Assembly (NCBI GenBank): GCA_047967505.1
Contig: CM106538.1
Length of the DNA stretch: 64,000 bases
DNA from: Dipteris shenzhenensis
Lineage: Eukaryota
Direction: 5' to 3' (one strand)
Position 1 is the stretch's first letter. Each line of letters begins with the position of its first letter. Of this stretch, positions 1 to 13,859 are shown in pieces. The translations under genes were made by a program, and so were the position numbers. The notes beneath the pieces are model-generated. The model worked only from the letters and a program-made list of their open reading frames with translations, was not told where the DNA came from and ran no database searches.

Positions 1-830
1 CTGTTTGCATTTTGGCCTCTCTGCCATCCACCACGACCTCTTTGGCTCCCCCTGCCTCTAAAGTTACCATGTCCTCCTCCATAGGACTGGTTTTCTTGAA
101 TTTGCTGCATATTTTGATTTTTGCCATGGCCTCCAGATCGGCCTGCTCTACCTTTGCCTCTACCTCTTCCAGCATTTGAGTAGAAGATAGTTTCTTTTGA
201 AGTTCCTCTTGAAGAATATGCAACACCATTTCTCTGCTCTTCAGAAATTAGAAGAGCAATCAACTCCCCAAAATCAGGAAAATTCTCACGGACGACAATG
301 GATGTCCGGAACTGTGCATAATCCTTTCCTAGACCATTCAAGGTCACAGAAACTAAATCATCATCTTCCACTGGTGACCGAATAGAAGCAAGTGCATCTA
401 CAATCTTCTTCACCTTCATGTGGTAGTCATTGATGCTCATATTTTCTCTTTGCACATTATGCAACTCCTGCTTGAGCTGAATTTTCTAGGCTTGCATATT
501 TGTGCTATACATTTTTGTCAAAGTATCCCACACCTCCTTCGGCATGCTTGCATCTTGAATATGCACAATCATAGAATTTGAAATACTAATAGACAGCCAG
601 TACATAACTTTTCTGGCTCTCTCATGCCATCCTTTAAATGCCTGCAACTCCTGTTGATTGGGAACATAAGGAATAACTGGTTCTTGTTCAGCTCCAGTAA
701 TGAACTCCCAATAGTCTTTTTCCTTAAGGAAATTCGTCATTCTAAACTTCCATGCTGGGAAGTTGTTCTTGTCAAGCTTTTCAGTGACTATCTGTGAAAG
801 AGCATCAGATACCATTACAGTACACTGCAA
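1..830 (-). pseudogene. Ty1/copia gag (N-terminal and UBN2-type region), degraded, running off the window
   Basis: ORF 486-830 reads KLDKNNFPAWKFRMTNFL...WEFITG...KEVWDTLTKMY, typical of copia gag. Stops follow downstream. Confidence 0.8.
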
Positions 831-1277
831 AAATATTCTGTCACTGCAAAAAACACAACTTCTGCCTCACAAGGGCAAATCTGCAAAACTGACGAAAGTG
901 GTATTTGACCACACAGTCACTTCTTGGTGACGATTTTGCATCAACAGGCAATAAGAATGATTTTGTCACTCCTAATATCTCTGTGCATAGGCATACGATG
1001 CAATTTCTGTGGCAACTTTTCATCGACCTACAAAATAGTGGTGGCACATCAAAAACAAGGCACCTTTCTGAGTGCCTACGGAAAACTTCTGCCACCAAAA
1101 CGGGCCTCGAATAAAAAAATAATGTCACCAAGGGCTTTGCCCTTACTCGTAGCATATACTACCCTCTCGCCACACCACGAAGGGTATCCCAATCTGAGAC
1201 AGTGCACTCTTGCACTTTTTGGCTGTGCTATCTGTAGAGATTTACTCCCAAACTCGAAAAAGGAAAGCAACACTGAT

Positions 1278-1668
1278 CCTCTTACCAAGACACCATGAAC
1301 TTGGTTTGCTTCCTTGAGCTCCTTACCATGAACCGAGCTCTGATATGATGTGAAGAGAGTGGGAGAGAAGTAAGGAGTCTCACTTGCAGCTTTCTCACAT
1401 ACACAATGGGGGAATACACACATAGGTGGAGGCTGAAAACAGTTTTCCTCTTCTTATTTGTGAAAGCCAAAAAGAACTCTCTCTCTTAGTACAAAAGGAA
1501 TAGATGAACCCTATATGTGGGTCTCAAACCAAAATCAGCTAACCTAGGTGTCATACTAACTGAGCCACTAACTAGAGTACATAAAGATAGCTGTCATCCA
1601 GCTATTATTCATGGGCGGCATACCAACCACATCTACAGCTAACAAGTCGGTGACATAAATGCACAACG
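1278..1668 (-). mobile_element. Probable PBS and part of the 5' LTR of the copia element
   Basis: The minus strand reads ...GTTCA|TGGTGTCTTGG at about 1300-1285 (CA followed by TGG), upstream of gag. The far end is interrupted at 1669. Confidence 0.45.
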
Positions 1669-3902
1669 TGACAAAGTGAGGATCGTACTCTCCTAGTCAC
1701 TGATACTGCAAGGTGGTTAGATATGAGTTATATTCCATCACCTCCCCTTAGTGCATGCATTGCTACTTAAGGTGGTCAAGTGTGGTTTCGATATCTTAAT
1801 ACCTCCCCTGAGTGCTTTCATAGCTACTCTCAGGTGGTCAGGTTTGATTTACAAAGCATAGGCAAGGTTGGCAAGGTTTTTTTTTTTTTTTGGTTTCTCA
1901 ATACATTCCATTGATGCCACCTTTTGGCTCATGGCTTGATGATGATGCTGTGTAGTTGACCTGCTGGTTCTTTAATTTGCAATCTTCTTCCTTGTATAGC
2001 TTCATGCATGATGCTTTGTTCTTCCATGTGCCTTGATGCTTTGTGTGAATGCCATGCTTCGTGCTATGGTCATCTCATGCACTTGTGCTTTTGGCATGCT
2101 TATGACAATGATGTGTGCATTCATGCTTTGGTTTGTCAGTTGTTGCAAAGGTCTTACCATGAGCTTTATTTTGCTTCAATGGCAGTGTCTAATTGTTAAC
2201 AATGATTTTAACTTGACATGCGCATAGAGCTCAAAAAGGCGATCACTTTTCCTTTTTGGAGCATGTGCAAATTCTTCCTGGATTGGAAGTTACGCTTTGT
2301 TGAAGCTTTTGTGAAGAAGAGGGGGCCTTGATGATGTGGCATAGGGATTCACATGCAGAACTTGGCAGGGGCTATGTGCTTAGGTGGCACTTAACTAATC
2401 TTACCCTAACCACGGTTATTGCTGGTGAGTTAACTTAACCATGGTTTCTTTTGGGTTGCTTGACCATTGACCAAGGTTGAACTAACCCTAGTGACTACAA
2501 ACTCAACCAAGGGTATTTTGACTAACCTAGCTAGTTATCATCTTGCCACGTGTCATTTTCCTATTTACGTTAGAGAAGGAGAAGGTGGGAAGGCGTCGAT
2601 TTCTTTTGCTCTTGCTGTTGTGATGCTTGAGGTGGTGCTGTCAATGCATTTGTTGATGCTGCTGCTGTCACTCATGTCAGCCTGTGAAGGAGCCGAGGAG
2701 CCGCAGTGGGCTTGATAGCCCTGTGAAGCAATGAGCCTTGGAAGTATGGCATTGGTTGCTTGCTATGAGGGAGGCCAGTCGGGAGTGCTATTTGGTGCTG
2801 CAAATCGCGGGTGCTGTAGAGCCGCCATCGAGCCTTGCTAAGTCGGTTGGTTGTGTGAGAAGCCAGGAGTCAATGGAGCTGGGAGAGTGGCATTGTGTGT
2901 GTTGCCTAGCCTATTGGAGCAAAAGGTCATAGGAGAGCTCAACCATGAGCGTTGAAGGCTATGAGCCTGGAGAGCCATTGCTGTAGGCTTGAAGCTTAGT
3001 CTATGTTGTCCTGGCGGTGCATATGCATTGCGAAGCTTGTCGAAATAAAGTCCCAAAGGTGATCATCAGCTATCCAGGTCTGTTTAATGTCCTTCTCTAT
3101 CCCTCGCCTTAATTTACCTGGGAGTGTTACTCGTGCAGACACCATCAAGGGTCTAACCTGCTTTGGAGTCGACCCCAGTGCTCAATCTTGCAAAAGCCGT
3201 TGAAGCTGATTTGGTTTGGTCGGAGATCAAGCTATGTGTCCATTGGAAGAAAACGGTCTCAGGGAAGTTGATTAGGCTGTTGAGGATAGGCAGCTGCTGC
3301 ATTGGCATTGCTCATTACCGAGCTGATAAACATTCGGTGTTGGAGGTCACTGCAGATCATATAAGCTAGAGTCTGCGTGTTGTTGAAGAGGAGTCAGAGC
3401 TGGTAGTTGCAGGTGATGTCTGCTATGAGACTGTTGGCAACTATGGAGCTTTTGCTATGAGTATAGGACTCATAGGAAACCTCACAAATCTCTCTTTCTC
3501 TCAAACTCAATTAGTCATGAATGGAATGAACAAATGGAAAAGAGCGGAAATCTTTCAACAGGAGAATAAAAGAATGAACACTAAAAGAGAACACTCAACC
3601 TCAATCTAAAACTAATCTAGGAGAACTAGACCTAGGTTCTGATACCATGACAAAGTGAGGATCGTACTCTCCTAGTCACTGAGACAACATCCTAATACAA
3701 CACTAATCTAAGGAGGATGCAACCTAAGTGCAAACATGATGAAGAGAGTGCTCATGACATGTACCTCAAGTCAATTAGGTTCCAAGATAGATTAGCTTGG
3801 ACTCATAAAGAGAATCTTGAGATAGTGCAAAGTGCTTGATTGATATTACTTCAAATCAATGGTCACCCTAGCATATCACGAGTGGAGCTCGATATCTCAA
3901 CA
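1669..3902 (-). mobile_element. Non-autonomous LTR retroelement (TRIM/LARD-like)
   Basis: 35-bp direct repeat TGACAAAGTGAGGATCGTACTCTCCTAGTCACTGA at 1669 and 3648. Met-type PBS (minus TGGTATCAGAAC) abuts 3647; PPT (minus TAAGGGGAGG) at 1741-1750. No pol inside. Right boundary is approximate. Confidence 0.65.
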
Positions 3903-4210
3903 ATATTGTTGTACTTTATCAATTTAGAATCTCTATTGTAGTTTTTTGTTCTTTGGTAAAAGCAATAACAAGCTAGGGTTGACAGGCATTACCTATCTAC
4001 CCACTTGAAGCTATGCTATTCTAACAACTAGTTTCTCTTGGATGGTGGCAGAGGTAAGTGGACCCTGACCTTGGGGCTTGGACTACTTAATGGATTTGAC
4101 ACTTTTTACCAATTGTATACAGATTTTATGTACACCCATAAGATGAGAAGTTTATTATCCACCCTTATTTGAGCATCGTGTGCTATGTTGTTTATAGGTT
4201 TTATTTGTTA

Positions 4211-4228
4211 AACACACACACACACACA

Positions 4229-4273
<45 letters not shown>
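4211..4273. repeat. (AC)n/(AG)n compound microsatellite
   Basis: Directly visible. Confidence 0.95.
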
Positions 4274-4276
<3 letters not shown>

Positions 4277-5663
4277 GGGGGGTGGAAGAGATCATATGTG
4301 GATTTACAAGGACATTTCAGATGACTAATGTCTTTAAAAACAGAGATGAAGGGAGCTATTGTTAGTCATATGGTACTAGAATAGGGATTATGGAGATGTA
4401 AATCAGAGATATCAAGGTAGATTAGAGTCTATTCTACTAAAGAACATCAGGAACGAGCATGGGGAATGGATCCCCCAACTTCATAGAAAATATTCTTGTA
4501 CCAGAATGCAACAGACTAATCATGAGTGTTATAAAGCTAAATGGAAGGATGCAGAGGGCTTCTCTAGACGTTAGAAGGGGAGAATCGTATATTTGAAATG
4601 TTTCCCAGTAGTGCAAGATAGTCAAGTGGGTGTATATTCAACATATTTTCATGCATTCAAACATATATGTGCATCCAAATGAGGCCCTTCCACATCATAG
4701 GCCCAATTGTAAGTAGTATATAGTGTACTTCAATCATGCTTAAATGTTTTTGAATTTAGTTGGGGACACTCACATAAATCTCTTATCCCTTGCATTTGCT
4801 TTGAAGATTTGTACCCCTTTAAATCTATAGAGTGTTAGCTTGCAACATCACTAAGATCGCTAGTCTTCAGTTTAAAGGTCACCCACCAGTAGAGTTGAAG
4901 AAGGATGTGATGTTTATTTTACAACTCAAAGTTCATCTTGCAAGATGAAGAAGGTCACTATAGAACATTAGAATATCTTCCATTGCCTCCTTTTAACAAT
5001 CCTAAGTGGCAACTTCCAAGTACATACATCAGCAAGTCTTATAGAAAGAATGTTCCATGATGTGAGAACTGCTATGAAGCCAAGTACTAGTGGAAGAAAT
5101 GCTAGGTTGAGCATTCCCATGCTTTGTAGATTTTTTTCCTAATTGTAGGTAATTGAGAAAAACAAAGATAACATATACATGCAAGAGCTTAGATCTAGAC
5201 TGACAATGCAAATTGTTTGACAAAGGATGGATAATAAGAACATGTCATTTTGAATATTTTAATACAATGTTGATTGAAAATTTTGGATGTGACATTTTAG
5301 TGAGTTAGTTTGTATAGAACATGATCATGTTGTAGGATAGTATGTATTGACAAATTCCAACTTTAGCAAGTACTTCCTTGGAAGGAAAAATCTCTGCATG
5401 CCTTTTGCATATAGAAAGTGGTGATGGAAAGACTTGTAGTAGGAAGAAATGGATGATAACATGCATAATGGGACTCGTAGTCCCATTGTTGAGATAATTA
5501 TTTCTCAGCAAGGACATTCTAATACATCTGCCCTTTGAGGCTAATGAATAAAAGATATTTTTATGTTCTATTATTGTTCCCATGTTATTATACATGTTAC
5601 ATGATGCTTTCCATCAGTTTATGCAAGTTTAGTGTGAATATGAGTGGTCAAATGATGTTTTTT

Positions 5664-6081
5664 CACCGTGGTGCAGAAGGCAAATGTGTTCGGCATCGCA
5701 CGGGGACCCAAAAATGGCAAAACCCGCTATGGCACGTATGGGGCCTGTTTGACTCTTGTATGAAAAATACTTCGTTTTCGAAAAGCTCACCACTGTTTCC
5801 GTTTCCCACAGGACAAGGTTCTTCTATGGTTATGCTCAAGAATGAGGGGGCTCCCTGATTGTTCTCATTTACTTGGATGCCGCTGGTGCCCAGATTTTCC
5901 CGGCCTGACTGTGAGGCCTCATTTGCACAAGGAATAGTGCTAATTTCCAAATCGTCAGAGCTCTGTGCCACGGCCTGATTCCGCGCCAATGGTCAAACAG
6001 GCCCCATACGTGCCATAGCGGGTTTTGCCATTTTTGGGTCCCCGTGCGATGCCGAACACATTTGCCTTCTGCACCACGGTG
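5664..6081. mobile_element. MITE / non-autonomous DNA transposon with perfect 90-bp TIRs beginning CACCGTG
   Basis: 5664-5753 is the exact reverse complement of 5992-6081, with a 238-bp core between. No TSD found. Confidence 0.9.
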
Positions 6082-6305
6082 AGATTCTTATTGGATTGCT
6101 TAGAAATGACCATTATAGTGCAAATATTTATCTGATCGCATGCTTTTGAACAGAATAGTGAATGAAAATATTAATGCCAACAACAATTAAAGTTACAAAA
6201 TACAATGACAGTATAAAATAAATTTTGTAAAAGAACACAAAATGGGGTACTATATAAAAAGTATAGCTGTATTCATATAAATTAAATTTTCTATACAATA
6301 AGGCT

Positions 6306-7053
6306 TCAGAGCCTTTCTCTCTTCTCTAAAACACTGAGAACATCGGGCTTTGAATTCCCAAATACACTCCTAGCTCTAAACCTAGTCGATAGAGAGTCAA
6401 TGCTATTGTTGTTGCTAGCTAGGGACATGGCTGTTGCCGTCAATGCCATACCTTGAAAATTGGTTCCAAAGGCATTGAGGGCAGCCATGCGATTCACCAA
6501 AATGACCTTGTCAGCATTGCGATTAATGTCAGCATGACCAATCATGCTTGACAAGGCCTTGCACTTCAGGAGGTCATCAGTGCCATGTGGAGCAAACTTT
6601 TTGTGGATAACCACAAAGTGCCCTTTTGCTTGGCCAAGGTAATGTGCCAGTGAGTGATCTCGGACGAAGCTATTGCGAACAAGGCATTGCCGAGATGAGA
6701 ATAGGTCGACCTCAAATGCCTCCTGCAACAGTCCAACATTACATTAGAATTCCATTAAAGCAAAAGTATACCAAGAGAGAAGAAATTCAAAGCTCATAGT
6801 TTCTTACCACTATGGAGTCATCATGCTCAATCCCTTCCTCTTTGTCAATGAGGATGGATCGAAAGGCCTCCTGTTGTCTGGAGTGAGATGTGGAGGCTTC
6901 TTCTGGAACATCAGGTAATGGGTTGAGGGGGGGGGATAGTTTGAGTGGTCCTCGGTGTAAGAGGAGTAGCCAATAGGGGCTGTTTGCAGGTCTGCCCACC
7001 CTCCACCGCAACATGGCATTGCCCCACAAAAAGGAGCACTCCCATTGGTACAT
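6306..7053 (-). pseudogene. Gene-like segment of unknown function, possibly TE-borne
   Basis: 140-aa ORF 6306-6728 begins at a TTGCAG acceptor-like site below an AT-rich gap. Family not recognised. Confidence 0.3.
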
Positions 7054-7559
7054 CTCAAATACCTCACTAATCCCTTAAAATTAGAAAACACTAATTGGGG
7101 CCCCTTTAGAGACCCCAATTCCCCCTAATGTGTGCCAACTCTCCCACCACATGAGCGAGTAGTTACATGAACATGTGGTTCTATGTACTATGCAATTTGT
7201 GCCCAGATGATCATGCTTTCACATGACCATATGATTATATACACAGCCAACTTTCTATCCACATCAATGTGTGGTTATATGCAAGATTTGAACAATACTA
7301 TGTAATTATATATAACAATAACATGAAGATTTTTCATGCAAATAAAAAACCATTTTTAAGTGTGTTTCATTTCTTGTATACTTTCATTATAAATCTTTAC
7401 ATTTGTAATTTGGAGTGAAGATGTGAGTTATGGTCAATTGGCATGCCTTGCCATCTACACCAATATCACGTGGAGCAATTGATATGAGTAGTCATCTACG
7501 AGGCACATTTAAAGACCAAGTACTTTAATAATATAATTTCATGTCATTCATAGGAAATG

Positions 7560-10500
7560 AAGCAAATATTTACTGAAAACGAGTATGTGCTTATCATAAT
7601 AGTATTCGAAATAAGAAAAGACAATTATACCCCAGTGTTACATCATGGCCATTGCACGTGAGGACAATTATTTGTCATTATTGGAGCATGTAGATGTATT
7701 GCCTACAACCCATCAATTTGAAAGACATGATTCACATGAGGTAGGAACAATATTACTATGTAAATTCATCATGAATTGTTGAAAGGATATTTGTTACATC
7801 CACAAATGGATTATCTAATTCTCATGGATTAACAATTGAGACATCATTATGTCCATTTTTGTACCCTTTTGGACATGGTAGCCATGATGGTAAGTTGTTT
7901 TTAAATGTGTGCTAAAAAATGAGAACAGGTTCACTATTCTTAATATTCACACTCTACAAGCCATACTTGTTGCTAATGTACCAAATTTGACAAGCAATCA
8001 TTATTGCAAACTACAATTCTACAAAGAGATATTGACCAACAAAGATGGCAGGATCCAAGAGTATCTCACCATGAGATAATGAGCGTGATCAAGTTTTAAG
8101 TACCACGGTCGATACCTGGATCCCCTTCATGGCATCGTGGAAACTTGAAAGATCTAATGGAAATGGTTGAAACATGGGGACTCCCTAAATATTTCTTACA
8201 CTCACAGCAGATGGGGTATCAAACACAAGATGGTGTGAGATCGATGAAACAAAAGAAATTGTGAGACAATTCAATAAAAAATTGACATGGAGAGATTGTC
8301 TAGTTGAGTGCGCAGTACTATTTCACGTTCAACTACAACAGTTCTTGTCCAAATATATTATATCTAACAAAGGACTACTAGGAAGAGTCAAGCATCACAT
8401 AGTGAGATACAAGATCCAGAATCATGGATCAATGCATGCTCATATAATGTTGTGGATTGAGGAGGCCGATATTGAAATTATATCAAATCAAATTGATGCA
8501 CATATAACCTACCTGAATGACTTGGATACACTACTTGAGAATTCCTTGGAAAAGAAGCTTCATGATTTTGTGAAAAGAAAGCAAATTCATACATGCTGAG
8601 CAGCATGCATTTTGTTGGACTCAAATAGCAGTCACAATTGCAAATATGGATTTGCATTTGGTATCCATTCAAAAACTAGACCCACATTGGATCCTGTTAC
8701 ACTTAGATGGCTCTATTATCAGCCATCTCTTAAGCATCAAAACGTTGTTCCATATCATGCTGGCATACTACTATTGTGGCAAGCATACATGAATATTCAG
8801 AGAATAACAAATACAGGCCTATCATACTACCTCTTAAAGTATGCTATGCAAATAAAACCGATGGGACATATGAACTTGAACATCGAAGATGCAAAGCTCC
8901 TCGGACTTGAGAATCTAGATCCTTTGAAATTGAAATTGATAGCTGCATGCATTTTATCAAAGCCAGCATCACCAATAGAGGCAGCACTATCATGCTTGCA
9001 AATTCCCATTATACAAAGGAGTGAGGCTATATACTTCATAGATTCATCTCCACCATCATTATACCATTGATATCTTTGAGAGAACTGTGTTACAACAATG
9101 CATCCAGTAGATACATATTGTGGCCAACCAAACCTCATGGAGAACCTCACATTCTATGAATTATGAAAGAAATATGAGATTCAAAAGGCAAGTGCAAGGG
9201 CTCTTCAAATGGAATCATGAAAGACTCTTTTGGTAACTATCATATCCTTCGACACACATTGTGTGCACTGATTACCATCCTGCTCATCATTTTGAAGGAT
9301 TTTTCTATAATCTTTTAATGAAGCACACACATTTCAGAAATGAGAATGAGCTCATTTCACAAAGAAAGGTCATACTTCTTGAAATGCCATATATGACACC
9401 TCATACAAATAGAAGACGAATTGAATCAATCGTTAAACAATATTGCAACAAGGTCCACATGCTTATTGATGAGAATCAGCACCAAGTAACAAATATGATT
9501 CTGCAAAAGAGTCCACTACATGCATTGAATGGAAATTGCATAACATCAACATACCTCAATGAAGGAGATAACATCAACAACAGATCTCGAATCTCAATCC
9601 TCTGAATGATAGATGAATTCAAGGAATTTGAAAATTCCACTCTATCATATGAGCAACAAGACGTTTACGATAAAAATACTAAATTCCCAGGAGGCCTTCA
9701 TGTGATTTGTGGTACACCAGTATTAGGAAAGGCCTTCATGATCAAATACATCACTCATAAGTACATAGAGCAAGGAAAATCAGTTGTTCTTATAGCCACA
9801 ACAAGCACAATGGCATGAAGACTCAATTGCTTAGAAACTATAGTCCATCATCAATTTTCTCTTCCAAAGAAGCATAATATGTTTTGTGCATACCTTCTAG
9901 TAACCAACGAACACTATCAAGATGTAAAATGTGTAGAACTCATCACCATTGATGAAATCTCGATGATGACTTGCTAGATGCTAAACATAGTTGTCAAATA
10001 GTTGTGCGAGGCTTGTAATCAGACACTACTACAACCATTCGACCAAAAAAGAAAGCTCTTGTTTGGAGGCATGGCACAACTACCACCTGTTTGCAAATGC
10101 AAAATTCAAGAGAACTAGTACTGTTGAAAGTGCCACATCTGTAGCTCGGGCTTTTGGACAATTGCTAGCTTCTCATTTCTACAAATGTCTATACGTCCTC
10201 TCGAAGATCCTGTATATGTCAAATTTCTTAACATTATTAGAATGCAAAAGCCTAGCATAGAAAAGATTCACTACTACTTAGGTGACATGATCATCGATGA
10301 AATTGAAGTAGCCCAATCTATTAACAGCAATACAACTATACTTTGTACTCACCAGAATGATACACACCAGAATGAGCTCATTCTACATAAACAATTCAGT
10401 GCATGAGAAATCAAGAAAATTAATGAGTTTGAATGCAGATAACATAATTGAGTTACAAGAATGGCTAAAGGATTCCGATTTCCACTCTTACAGGAAATCG

Positions 10501-10650
10501 CCAATCAGAGCATGAATTATGATTACTGAGAATATAGATCTCTCTATTGGAGCTACAAACGGTGCAATTGCAATAGTTGTTGCATTAGATAATGACAACC
10601 AAACAAACAATTTAAAGAAAATAAACTGGAATACATCATAAGGTTTAGGG
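7560..10650 (+). mobile_element. Helitron Rep/helicase, degraded
   Basis: Rep HUH motif (KIQNHGSMHAHIMLW), CKYGF, NVVPY...MNIQR...YLLKY motif. PIF1-like helicase with degenerate Walker A (GTPVLGKAF) and IDEISM. Many stops and frameshifts. Confidence 0.9.
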
Positions 10651-10959
10651 GTACCTGCAATGTTTTCCATACTTCACGAGAGATGAAGTTATAGCTCGCT
10701 CCCGGATCCACGAGTGCCTAGATGCATAAGATCGGGCCCTGCAATTTGACATTAACCTAGCTAGATCTATCATCAGTTCATTAATCAATCTAGGATGTTT
10801 GAGTGTTGCCATAAGCAAGTCCAATTACTTACGTTGTTTGATCTTGGCATTATGTGCTTTGGCATCTTCGATGGCCTGATGTTTCCTGCGAGCCACATTA
10901 GCCTTAAGCTCCTTTTCCCTATGGATGGTCTGGAGGGTGTGCAAGGTGAGGGGGCGATA

Positions 10960-13760
10960 GTATCTTTTCAATTTACTCCCGTTAAGGTATCCATCCATTT
11001 CCACTCCATCCAGGGTAGCTATTCAGCATGCCCCTTACAAAGTAATTTCCACTATGCTATAGGGACCCATTCCCTTGTATTTAAGTTTGTGTTTGGTCTT
11101 GTGGATGCTATAGAGGAGGGCGAGATCTCCTTCCTTGAGGTCCTTGTTTTTTAGGTTGCAATCAAACCATTTTTTGTGCCGTGACTTCTCCACCTAGAGG
11201 CAATAGGCTGCATGCAATCTTGTCTTGTCTAGCTATTTGAGATCAATTAAGAACTCTGCCAAGGCATTTTTGGTGAGCCTTTCCTTGACTGTAATGCAAA
11301 GGTTGGGCTCTACATATTCCATTGGCATAACTGTTTCCACCCCAAAGGCTAGGCTGAAGGGGGATGCAATTCGTGGCCACTTTGTAAGATGTCCAATAGA
11401 CCCACAAGGTTGGGTTGAGCTCATGCTCCCAGTCGGTATGACTAGCTTCGACAATGCAACTTATAATCTTGCAGCACGTTTTGTTCGAGATCTCAGCCGC
11501 CAGGCAATTTGCCCAAGGGTAGTATGGCATCGACTTTCTATTTATGATCATGAATTCACTATTCAGGATCTAGGAAATGAGTTCCTCAGTCATCACTGAC
11601 CAATTCTAAAGGACACCCAAACCATGTGATGACTTGCTCTTACAAAAACTTAGCTGTGGATTGCGCATCCGCTTTTCTTGTGGCTTGCCTTCCACCCATT
11701 TAGTGAAATAATATGTGGCCAAGATAATGTATCTGGCCCCTATTCCTTTAGTCATTGGGCTTATCGGTCTATGCCCCATTTCTCAAAGGGCTAATCAGTT
11801 AATATTCCCATTAGGGGCATCATGTCTGCTTTATGTGGAATTTGCACTCTTTGGCAAGGGTCGCATCGCTTGATAAACTCAGATGCATCCTCGAAAAGAG
11901 TTGACCACCAAAGGCTATCCTGCAACACTTTACGTGCGGTAATGTTAGCAGTGACAAAGTGACCGCTTGCTATCTCAGAATGTGCTTCTTCGAGCATGTT
12001 GATGTATTTGTGCTCGCACATGCATCTGTGTATGATGCCATCCTTGCTCATGCGGTTTAGCTGGCCTACAATTAGCTAATGTGGTGATGCCTCTTTGATG
12101 AGTTTGCAGGCTCTGTACCTCTTGAGGGATTTTTTGCCAAGTAGTGGCCTATTTCGGCTTCCCAATCTAGAATATGTGAATGAGGAATAGGGGAGCATCT
12201 GGGAGATCATCCTTGACTCCCGTCAGAGCTTCCCCATTGGGAAACCTTGAGAGGTGGTCAGCTAGGAAGTGGGTCTTTGCCTTACACATAGAAGACACAC
12301 GTGTGAAGCCAAACTCCATAAGAATTAGCATCCACCTTGTGATGCATCCGGTCATGCAAGCCTTGTTAACCAAATACAGTAATGCTTGATAATCCACAAA
12401 AAAGATGAACATGTTGGCTAACAAGTAATGCTTGAACTTCTTAACTACATAGACCATGGCTAGGCCTTCCCTCTTTGTTGTTGTTGTGTAATTAACCTCG
12501 ACATCGTTTGATTTTCGGCTAGCAAAGTACACTGGGTAGTCCAAGTTGCACTCCCCTGGTTGGGCTAACACACACCCGATAGCAAAATTGGAGGCATCCA
12601 TGTGAACATGGAATATTAGATTCCAGTACGTGGCTCGTAATACTAGTGCTCTGGTCGAAGCTAGCTTGAGGTATTCAAAGGATTTGTGACATTCCTTGGT
12701 CTAGTCAAAGACTACTAATAGCTTATACAAGGGCTGAGCTATGTCTGCCTCGAATAGGATGAACCTTCGGTAGTAGCTCGTATGACCCGTAAACTGCAGC
12801 ACACCCTTGGCACTTGTGGGGAAGGCAATTCTAGAATGAGCTTGATCTTGTTGTAATCCATGGTGGAGATGCCATTCTTGGACACTATGTGGCTGAGAAT
12901 CACACCGTGTTTGACCCAAAATTGGCACTTGAGGGGATTCAGGGATATACAGTATAAGTCATACCTCTCCAGGACTAGTTTTAGGTATCTCATGTGATCA
13001 TCCCATGTCCAGCTCACACACACATCATCCAAGAAGACTTCCACGAAGTCCGTTAGGTACTCCTTGAAGACGGTGATCATCAACTGTTGGAATGTGGTGA
13101 GCATATTGGTAAGCCCAAATATCATTACTTTGACTGCATACACACACCCCTCGATTGTGAAGGCAGTTTTATGTTGATCGTGCGGGGCGATTGTATCTTG
13201 AGAATCCATCTAGGAAGCTATAAGCTTCCTTTTCGACTACTCTTTCTAGAACATGTTCCATGAAAGGCAAGGAATAGTGGTCATGCCTAGTGGCAACATT
13301 GACTTTTTAGATCCATGCATGCTCGAATCTTTCCATTCTTCTTTACGATTATCACAATGGGTGACACCCAGTCTGTATGCTCTATCTCATAGATGAATCC
13401 TGCATCTATGAGTTTTTGGATCTCCTCTCTCACTATGAGCGCATATTTGGGATTCATAGGATAGCGATGTTGATGGATTGGTCTAGCATGGTTATCATGT
13501 GCTGCACATGTAAACTTCAACAAGCACACCCTTCATATCCGTGTATTTCTAGGCCATGCAGTCCTTGTACTCAAAGGAGGGTAATTAATGCATTCTCCTC
13601 GTTGGGGGTGAGGTCATTTGCAAGATGAATATTGGTTGTGGGTCCTATCCTTTTGGTGCTAAGTTTACCTCCTTAACCTTAGTTGGGCCATTATATTCTT
13701 GGAAACACCCTTCTTCTTGAGTTATATTGGCCTGTTAGTATACAATCCTGTGATCCTCAA
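10960..13760 (-). mobile_element. Ty3/gypsy pol (RT-RNase H-integrase-GPY/F), degraded
   Basis: RT (WVSPIVI, KTAFT, FLDD), RNase H (DASNFAIGCVL, REGLA), integrase zinc finger (AHSEIASGHF...CDPCQ) and GPY...LNGSKLKRY, in gypsy order. Confidence 0.92.
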
Positions 13761-13859
13761 TTGTGTAGGCCTTGTAATGGGTAGGTATTAGTTGTAGATC
13801 CTCTTTCTCTTCATCCTCCTCATCCACTGCCCTTGGGGTGGTATTCCTCTTGGCCTTGG

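Noticed and set aside
5671-5725. Full RSS (heptamer, 12/23 spacer, nonamer) in the MITE TIR
   Set aside because: No nonamer at 12 or 23 bp. The closest match, GCAAAACCC, is 46 bp from the heptamer and could be chance.
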